From the NCBI RefSeq assembly GCF_009914755.1, contig NC_060936.1: DNA of 64,000 nucleotides; one strand, 5' to 3'. The notes beneath the pieces are model-generated. The model was not told the DNA's origin and did not search any database. It saw nothing but the letters and a program-made list of their open reading frames with translations. This stretch comes from the human T2T-CHM13v2.0 reference genome, Homo sapiens. The number at the start of each line of letters is the position of its first letter. The first letter of the stretch is position 1. Positions 49,005 through 64,000 of this stretch are shown one piece after another. The position numbers and the translations under genes are program-made.

Positions 49005-49728
49005 TCACTCAACAAAGTAACCACCTCATAAGCACCAGACACTATTTTGGGAGGTAGCAAAATGTAAGCTCTCTGCGCTCAGAGCTTACATTCCAGTTAG
49101 ATGAGACAGAAACTTTAAAAATAAATAATTAAAATATAGCATATACTATTATTGAATCCAGAGATTCCGAGGCTGAATTTTGGGAAAGGAGGAAAAGAAA
49201 CATCAGTTTTATAAAGTTAAAAGGAAAAAAAAAAAAACAGGTGATTAACTGATTTTATGTTCTGTTCTTCTGGCCTTCTCTTTAAAATATTTCTCAAATG
49301 GAGATTATTCAAGGAATTTGAAGATTTTATTTTTGTTTTCTGGCTTTGCTTTGAGTTGAAAAGAAGCTTTTTTTTCTGTATTTGAGACATTTTGCAAATA
49401 CACAGAATCCTTTAAGAGTAGAGTTTGGAGTTTACATTGAAGGTCTCAAAAATTCTATTATTAGGGGAAATTAAAATACCATTCATAATGAGAATCACAA
49501 TTTTATAGGGGAATTACTAGTAATTTATGAAAGGCTTTTTTTCTCCAAATGGTCAAAAGAATTGTGTTGGAAATTTGGATGTTCTTTTGCTATGGTTCGT
49601 ACAGTCTGTATTTGCCTCTTCAAATAACTTTGGATGACTTTTACATGGCCACATTACTGTTTCCATAAATGATATTTTTAGGAACTGGAAATAACAAAAA
49701 GTTCTGGTAGTCTTGCCACTTGTCCTTA

Positions 49729-50092
<364 letters not shown>

Positions 50093-50353
50093 TCAAAAAA
50101 AAAAAGTTAAATGATGTTTTTATGTAAGACAGTAAGAAAACCACAGGACATACAGTGGTTTGGTTGCTGGTTAGTTGTCTTTATTGTTAACTTTTCTATT
50201 GTTTAAATTTCAGAAGAAAAATCTTTGTGTGCATGTTAAGATTTTTCAAGATTGATAATTACATAAGGCTCTGGTCTCAAGATCCAATCAGTACCCATTT
50301 TGTTTCAATGTCACCAAAGTAAAATTGATTATAGGGTGACTCTGCTTTTTTCT

Positions 50354-50496
50354 TTTTTTTATATATACGTATTTTTTTTTATTATACTTAAAGTTCTAGG
50401 GTGCATGTGCACAACGTGCAGGTTTGTTGCATATGTATACATGTGCCATGTTGGTGTGCTGCACCCATTAACTCGTCATTTACATTAGGTATATCA
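50354..50496 (-). mobile_element. Heavily 5'-truncated young L1PA 3' end
   Basis: ttattatacttaaagttctagggtgcatgtgcacaacgtgcagg...; 15-bp TSD actctgcttttttct at 50339-50353 and 50497-50511. Confidence 0.9.
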
Positions 50497-50733
50497 ACTC
50501 TGCTTTTTTCTCTCCCATTAAAGGTTTTTGGGAAAAAAAAACATTGTTCCTCTCTTACACATGCTTTTTTATTTTACCTTTTTGAGACAAATTCTCACGC
50601 TGTTACTCAGGCTGGAGTGCTGATGCAATCACAGCTCACTGCAGCCTCAACCTCCTGGGCCCAAGCAATCTTACCACCTCCTCTGAGACAGCTGAGACCA
50701 CAGGTGTGCACCATCATGTCTGGCTAATTTTAA

Positions 50734-51229
<496 letters not shown>

Positions 51230-51276
51230 TAATAAATTTTAAAAACATACCAAAAGAATGCAGTTGAAATTTTAAC

Positions 51277-51282
51277 TTTATT
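51277..51282 (-). terminator. CSAD: Probable CSAD polyadenylation signal (alternative AATAAA at 51634-51639)
   Basis: tttatt on + reads AATAAA on -, ~830 nt after the stop. The 3'UTR contains an Alu (~51737-52031) that is sense to CSAD. Confidence 0.6.
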
Positions 51283-52106
51283 ATTTTCCTATTACAAAAG
51301 CAACACATATTCATTACATAATAAAAGGGAGGGAGCTCAAAAGATATAAAGAAGTCTATGTTTTTTTTGTTTGTTTGTTTTTTTAAAGGAGTCTGTTTTA
51401 AAATTGCCTATTATCCTATTCCAGGGAAAACTATTAACATTTTGCCATATTTCATTTTATCAGTCTTTTCCTATGTATTTTTGAACACAGCTCAAATATT
51501 ACTCTATATAAAGACTTGTATTCAGCTTTTTCAACATAAATTACATTAAAGTTATTTTTATGTCAATAAAAATTATCTTTGTAAACAAAATTTTAATGGC
51601 AAAATAACATTTCATCATATAGACATACTGTAATTTATTTAAACACTCTCCTAAAATCAAATATTTAGTTAGGAGAAAGTTAGTAGGTCAAAGCATATAA
51701 ACATTGCGCAGGTCACTGTGGCCTAAAAAGGCTGTTCTTTTTTATTTTTTTTGGAACAGAGTCTCGTACTGTTGCCCAGCCTGGAGTGCAGGGGTGCAAT
51801 CTCGGCTCACTGCAACCTCTGCCCCCTGGGTTCAAGCAATTCTGCCCCAACCTCCTGAGTAGCTGGGTTTACAGGCACAGGCCACCATGCTCGGCTAATT
51901 TTTGTATTTTTAGTAGAGACAGGGTTTCACCTTATTGGCCAGGCTGGTCTCGAACTCCTGACCTCAAGTGATCCACCCGCCTCGGCCTCCCAAAGTGCTG
52001 GGATTACAGGCGTGAGCCACTGCACCCGGCCTCAAAGGCTGGGAGGGAATGCAGTGACTCTGCGGGTGAGGGGTGGTATCAAGGCCGGCAGCAAGACAGA
52101 GAAGGC

Positions 52107-52280
52107 TCACAGGTCCTGGCCTAGCCGCTCCAGCTCGTTGAGGAGGAAGTCCATATCAGCACAGGTCAGTGCAGAGTTGGCCACAACCACACGGAAGAAG
52201 TTGCCCCGGGTCCCGTGGGGCTGGTAGCCAATCATCATGGAGCCCTCCTTCACCATGCGCTCCTTGAGCACGGGGGCCAC
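52107..52280 (-). CDS. CSAD: CSAD terminal coding exon
   Basis: On minus: cacag|GTGGCC; encodes VAPVLKERMVKEGSMMIGYQPHGTRGNFFRVVVANSALTCADMDFLLNELERLGQDL then TGA. Confidence 0.97.
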   Translation of the reverse strand: MAPVLKERMVKEGSMMIGYQPHGTRGNFFRVVVANSALTCADMDFLLNELERLGQDL

Positions 52281-53218
52281 CTGTGGAAGGGTGGAGAGAG
52301 ATTCCAGCTGCAGCCTGGGTCGGCTGACAGGTAGGCTGGCTTCTTGTCCTGCCAGGCTTCCAGAGGTGCTTTTCCTTCCCACCCAGCCACCTTCTGGGGG
52401 TAGCACACCTTGCTCAGACCTTGACCTTGGCCTCAGTTTACCTTTCTGTCATATCTAACCTGCTTGGCCTTCGCTATCTTCTGCTTTTCTCCCCATTTCT
52501 CCTGTCTCCAAGAAATCTGTCCTGTGGGACATTTTCTGCCAAATCTTGACTTTCTCTTGATTCCTAACACTGCTTTAGTCTAACTTCAAGCCTTGGTCAT
52601 CTAAGCCTTAGTCAACACCTTCTTCTCCCCTCTCTTAATTCCTGTAATATTTTTGATAATATTAATCTGTGCCCTGTGATCTAGCAAGTAATTTACAACA
52701 CTGCCTTGAACACATTGCTTCCAAGTAGGTAACTCTTGCCTTATAATAACAACTCCATAAGGGCAAGAACATTTGTCCTTTCAGATCATCTGCAGCACCT
52801 AGTACCACTCTATCTTTAGGGACCAGGATATAACACAGCTCCTCGCCTCCAGATGGCACTTCTAGACTGGCTTTCTCGGGTTGCTGTGTCCCTAGCACGG
52901 GTAATAAGGCTTTTCCATGATCATTCTGCCTCATATCTGTCCTGGGCCTGAGTTCCCAGCCCAATTGCCAGCACAAGGCTCTGTGTACTACACACTGGTG
53001 ACTTCTCTGACTTCTCCTGTAACACACGTCGCTGCTTCTTACTTCCCAGAAACATACCTTCCTCCCCATCCCCACCCCTACCGAAAAGAGAGCATCCACG
53101 CCTCAGAGCAAGAGACCAGCAAGGAGACCTGCCATGCCACTCCCAGCCAACAGGGGGCAGAAGCGCATCAGTTGCATCAGCTCCCTAACGGGTAAAGAGA
53201 GCAGCACAGCACGCCTAC

Positions 53219-53308
53219 CTTTGACAGCCTTTCGTGGTAATCTGGACTCTCCTGCTTCCCTCGCAGGCTGGGGGGTACGAACCAGAAACACACATTGACA
53301 AACTCAGG
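53219..53308 (-). CDS. CSAD: CSAD coding exon
   Basis: 90 nt with AG/GT flanks on minus; encodes PEFVNVCFWFVPPSLRGKQESPDYHERLSK. Confidence 0.96.
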
Positions 53309-53482
53309 CTGAGAGGAATGAGAAAGAGGAAGGTGTGAGCTGAGAAAGGGGGACCGTTTTCCCTCTCCCTGCCCCTTTCCCCTCTCCCTGCCCTTTTCCC
53401 TCCACTAGGGCTTTAGTTGGGGCTTGGGGGCTGCAAAAGAGCTAGGCTGGGGCAGGGGCCACAAAATAGAAAGGGGTCCTAC

Positions 53483-53534
53483 CTCCATGACTAGCTCAAA
53501 CCCTTCCCGCTTCTTCATTTCCTCCACCAGGTAC
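53483..53534 (-). CDS. CSAD: CSAD coding exon
   Basis: 52 nt with AG/GT flanks; encodes (R)YLVEEMKKREGFELVME. Confidence 0.95.
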
Positions 53535-53715
53535 CTGTGAACAGAGAGTGAGAAACCATAGGCGGGGAGGAAAAGCAGAGATCCAGACAGAAGAGGCCCA
53601 CGTAGAATGAGCCACAGAGAGACCGAGAGAAAAGTAATCCCGGGAGCAGGAAAGAGGGAGGGGCATGGACCCAGGAGAGGGGAACAGGGACGACCCCCCA
53701 CCTCCTCCCGCCTAC

Positions 53716-53915
53716 CGGGCAAGGACAAAGGCCTGGTCGATGCGCCGCTCCAGCCCTTGATCGCCCTGTGCCTTCCACATGAGCCACAGCTTCAGACAGT
53801 CCACACGGCGGCCACACTGCACCACCTTGTCTCCCGTGTCCAGAGCCACATCGTAGAACTTGTCCTGCTGGAAAAGGTAGCTGGCCTGGGACCCATGGCA
53901 GCGCTTGAGCAGGTT
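53716..53915 (-). CDS. CSAD: CSAD coding exon
   Basis: 200 nt; encodes NLLKRCHGSQASYLFQQDKFYDVALDTGDKVVQCGRRVDCLKLWLMWKAQGDQGLERRIDQAFVLA(R), a GAD/CSAD family signature. Confidence 0.97.
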
Positions 53916-54358
53916 CTGTGTGGGGGTGAGGAGATTGTCAGACCCTACCCTCTCCACCGAGGCTTTCCTCCAGGGCTGCACTGTGGGGGTCTTAGCTCAG
54001 GATACCCTCTTCTTTCCCTGGAGCCAGATGGCACTGCTGGGACGGCTGCCTGCTGGCTCCAACACCTTTCTTTGGGTTTCCTCCCAATACCCAGGGTTCT
54101 TCCCAAACTCTGATGGCAACCTCAAGCTAGAAACTCCAGGATACCTCTGACTCCAACTTCAAGCTGGAAACTTTTCTTTTAAGAGAGGCCACTGGGGGAG
54201 TGAAGGAGCCTAATACAGGTTAGGGTGGTAGCTGAGATGCAGCTTCAGAAGGGATGGTAAAGAGAATAGAGAAAGGCCTGAACTTTATCTAAGGTGGGAT
54301 AGAGAAGGCAGAGCTCCAGAGAGAGGTGGGGCTGGTGCAGGGGCAGGGGCAGACCCAC

Positions 54359-54440
54359 CGAGGTATCCTGGAGAAGAAGTGCAGAGCATTGCAGGCCTGC
54401 TGCGAGGAGCTTGTGGGGATTCCAGGCCACAGAGTCAGCC
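54359..54440 (-). CDS. CSAD: CSAD coding exon with the PLP-binding lysine (NPHK)
   Basis: 82 nt; encodes ADSVAWNPHKLLAAGLQCSALLLQDTS. Confidence 0.97.
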
Positions 54441-54722
54441 CTGGATGGGGTGGAGCAAAGGCAGGTCAGTGGCTCCTCCTCCAGCTGCCCAACCAGAGCC
54501 CTTCCTCCTTTTCCAGGTCCCCAGCAAAGGGGCTTTGGTCTCACCCTCACCCCAGCATCAGGAAGAACTGCCATGTCTGACCTCCCAGCTCCAATCAATC
54601 CTCTCTCCAGTCCCCCTCCCCTCAGCCTCCTACCCCAGCCATGTTAAACTCCCTAGTCCATGATGATTCTCTGGACCAATGGTTTGAAGGGCGGGATTTG
54701 GGAAGAAGGGGACTGTATGCAC

Positions 54723-54787
54723 CTCTGGATCCCATCCAGGAGATGCCTGTGTGTCTGTGACAGCAGGACGCTCCCACCCCAGGCAGC
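54723..54787 (-). CDS. CSAD: CSAD coding exon
   Basis: 65 nt; encodes AAWGGSVLLSQTHRHLLDGIQ(R), completing the HVDAAWGG motif. Confidence 0.96.
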
Positions 54788-54868
54788 CTGTGGAGCAGGA
54801 GGAACAACGTGGGCCTTGGCCTTGGCTCAGCCCACCCCACCGCACCCCCAAGCCGAAGTCCCACTCAC

Positions 54869-54985
54869 ATCCACATGCAGCCATAGCCCATGACGCTGGC
54901 ACACATCAGCAATTGCCTCCAGGGGGTCAAAGGCCCCTAGCACAGTGGTGCCAGAGGTGGCACTGACCAGGAACGGCACAGCACC
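54869..54985 (-). CDS. CSAD: CSAD coding exon
   Basis: 117 nt; encodes [39 protein letters not shown]. Confidence 0.97.
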
Positions 54986-55449
54986 CTGTTGCCAAAATGT
55001 AGAGGGAGAAAGATGTAAAGTCATCTCAAAAGCTACTCAGAGCCTGATGCTGGGCCCAGCTCTAAGCTCTTTGCATGCCTAAAATGGCCCATTTCAACCT
55101 CACAACAATGTGTTACTGTCCTTTTTAATGTGCAGCCAGGGACACTGAGATTCAAAGATCCAAGCAGAAGCTGCAGAGATGGACTTCGAACCTAGGTTTT
55201 CATTTCCAAAGCTCATACTCTCAAAGAACTTGAATGTTTTACTGGAAGATCCAATGCTATTGAAAAAAAATTGAGTCAGGCATAGTGGCTCACACCTATA
55301 ATCTCGGCACTTCAGGAGGCCAAGGCAGGATTGCCTGAGGCCAGGAGTTCAAGACCAGCCTGGGCAAAATAGCAAGACCCCATCTCTAAAAAAATTTTTT
55401 TGTTTAATTAGCCAAGTGTAGTGGGCATGCCTGTAGTCCCAGCTACTCA

Positions 55450-55943
<494 letters not shown>

Positions 55944-56057
55944 TCACGAGATCAGGAGTTCAAGACCAGCCTGGCCAAGATGGTGAAACCCTGTCTCTCC
56001 TAAAACTACAAAAATTAGCCAGGCACAGTGGCAGGCGCCTGTAATCCCAGCTACTCA

Positions 56058-56162
<105 letters not shown>

Positions 56163-56496
56163 CTAAATAAATAAATAAATTTGAATAGTACAAAAGTTTA
56201 TGCAGAAATTGAATTAGTAATTTTTAAAACTACTACAGCTGGATGTGGTAGCTCATGCCTGTAATCCCAGCACTTTGGGAGGCCAAGGCAGGAGAATTGC
56301 TTGAGCCTAGGAGTTCAAGACCAGCCTGGGCAACCTAGTGAGACCTCACCTCTACAAACGAAAAAAAAATACATAGGCTGGGCGTGGTGGCTTATGCCTG
56401 GAATCCCAGCACTTTGGGAGGCCGAGGCGGGCGGATCACCTGAGGTCCAGAGTTCGAGACTAGCCTGACCAACATGGAACAACCCTGTCTCTACTA

Positions 56497-56655
<159 letters not shown>

Positions 56656-56658
56656 TCA

Positions 56659-56796
<138 letters not shown>

Positions 56797-56994
56797 CTAC
56801 AGCCTGGTCAACAGAGTGAGGCCCTGTCTCCAAAAACAAACAAAAAAAATCTACCACAGTGGGAGTCTGAGGCAGGAGGATCACTTGAGCCCAGGTGGTC
56901 AAGGCTGCAGTGAGCCCTGATCGTGCCACTGCACTCCAGCCTCAGCAACAGAGCAAGACCCTGTCTCCATTTTTTTTAAGTTAAAAAGAAAAGA

Positions 56995-62030
<5,036 letters not shown>

Positions 62031-62492
62031 GAGAAACATCACTATTCTAATTGCTGCCCTTACTGCTACTCAGAGGTAACATCCATATATCAATAATATA
62101 TACTCTTCTAAATAACAAAAATGGGCTCATAGGGCTCATAATGTCCATTCTATACGGCAATTTGCAATAAATATTTAATATATACAGTGGAGATACTTTC
62201 ATGTTAGTATATATATTCTCACCTATTCTTTTAAATGGCTACCCAGTACTCTAATAATAGTAATAAATAATAATAACAACAATACCAGTAGCTTGTATTT
62301 ATACAGTGCATCTATGTGCCAGGAACTATTCTAAGTGCTTTACATATACTAATTCATTCAATCCTTACAATAACCCTATGTGGCAAATTCTATACTCTGT
62401 CCATTTTACAGAGGAAGGAACTAAGACACATAGATATACCATAATTTATTTTGTCTACTAATGGACATTTAAATTTTTTTTTAAAACATTTA

Positions 62493-62666
<174 letters not shown>

Positions 62667-62669
62667 TCA

Positions 62670-63073
<404 letters not shown>

Positions 63074-63667
63074 TCAAAAAAAAAAAAAAAATTTTTACAT
63101 TTATATTTATTTATTTATTATTATTATTTTTGAGATCACACCACTGCACTCCAGCCTGGGTGACTGAGTGAGACTCTGTCTCAAAAACTATTAAAAAATA
63201 AAAATAAATAAAATTGTATAGATGGTGCCAAAATGCCCTCCAAGGTGGCTGTAGCAGTTACATACCCCTCGAAGTAGAGGAGAGTGCTAATGTCCCCTCA
63301 TCCCCACTACTCACAGCCTTCACCAGTGCCTCTCCCCTCCTCAGCCTCTCCCTGCGCAGACCCTCACAGCCCACAGGAACCTTCCACACTACAGCGCAGG
63401 CCCCCAGCACCCTCCCTGTGGTGCTGCCTGGGACTCGCTCCCTCACTCAGCCCTGCCTCTCAGAATCCAACCCGGCGTAGGTGTCTGGGCAGAGCCCCAG
63501 AAAGCAATGTAGTGTCCTCACCCCCAGGCTCTCCATGGTCACTTCAGCCCACAGGGGAGATGGGCATGGAGACGAGAGGGATGAAGGATGCCTTGAGAAA
63601 GGAGAGCCCAAATAACCCTCCAAGACAGTTGGAGGCTATATCACCCCAGCGAGCCTCACTGACTCAC

Positions 63668-63722
63668 CTCAGCCTCGGCCATACCAATCTGCCTCTCCAG
63701 ATCCTCGGGGACCATTTTCCCT
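63668..63722 (-). CDS. CSAD: CSAD coding exon (gene continues beyond the window end)
   Basis: On minus: ttttcag|AGGGAAAATG...GCTGAG|gtgagtc, 55 nt. Encodes (R)GKMVPEDLERQIGMAEAE. Confidence 0.95.
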
Positions 63723-64000
63723 CTGAAAAAGAAAATGCAGAGGGTAGAGCAGGGACAGGTTCTCTGTTGAAGGCAGGGTAAGGTGGGGTTAGCAATGCAG
63801 AGACAACAGTGCTAGTTTTTCCCTCAGGGGGTGAAACAGATCTCAGGGCAGAGGTGGGAGACGCTGGCAGGCTCTGGTAGACAGGAACAGCAATTCTACT
63901 GAATAGCGAGGGGAGAGAGGTCCACCAGCGGTAAGGGTCTGATGCCAGAGCTTTCTGGCGGCAGGAAGTTACGCTGTGCAAAGCTAGGTCACAGCCATGT

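Noticed and set aside
53357-53400. Short tandem duplication of ttttccc(c)tctccctgcccc in a CSAD intron
   Set aside because: Ordinary two-copy slippage repeat with no evident function.

Overview
This is human/great-ape genomic DNA. I recognise it as the SOAT2-CSAD interval (12q13 from memory), with two convergent spliced genes. On +, SOAT2/ACAT2 (MBOAT-family sterol O-acyltransferase 2) contributes ten coding exons (7767-16501; exons 6-15 by recalled numbering) and a poly(A) signal at 16887. On -, CSAD (PLP-dependent cysteine sulfinic acid decarboxylase) contributes its last eight coding exons (63722-52107), with a poly(A) signal near 51280. The ~34 kb between them is mostly Alu, L1 and LTR sequence and holds four retrocopies: VTI1B (decayed), U6 snRNA, HIGD1A (full length, ORF intact) and EIF4A1 (decayed). 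Almost all ORFs in the supplied track are Alu or low-complexity artefacts. The most notable structures are: (1) an SVA in a SOAT2 intron carrying a 113-bp 3' transduction inside a 15-bp TSD; (2) a ~94%-identical copy of a whole SOAT2 intron, with both splice sites, inserted into a Tigger2 relic 1.3 kb upstream; (3) a five-layer nest of insertions ending in the intact HIGD1A retro-ORF; (4) a ~0.9-kb alternating purine/pyrimidine array in an Alu central linker; (5) a ~43-nt LTR R-region-like snippet with its own oligo(A). I found no convincing novel multi-gene system. Repeat family names, pseudogene symbols and parent-protein comparisons come from memory and were not checked against databases.
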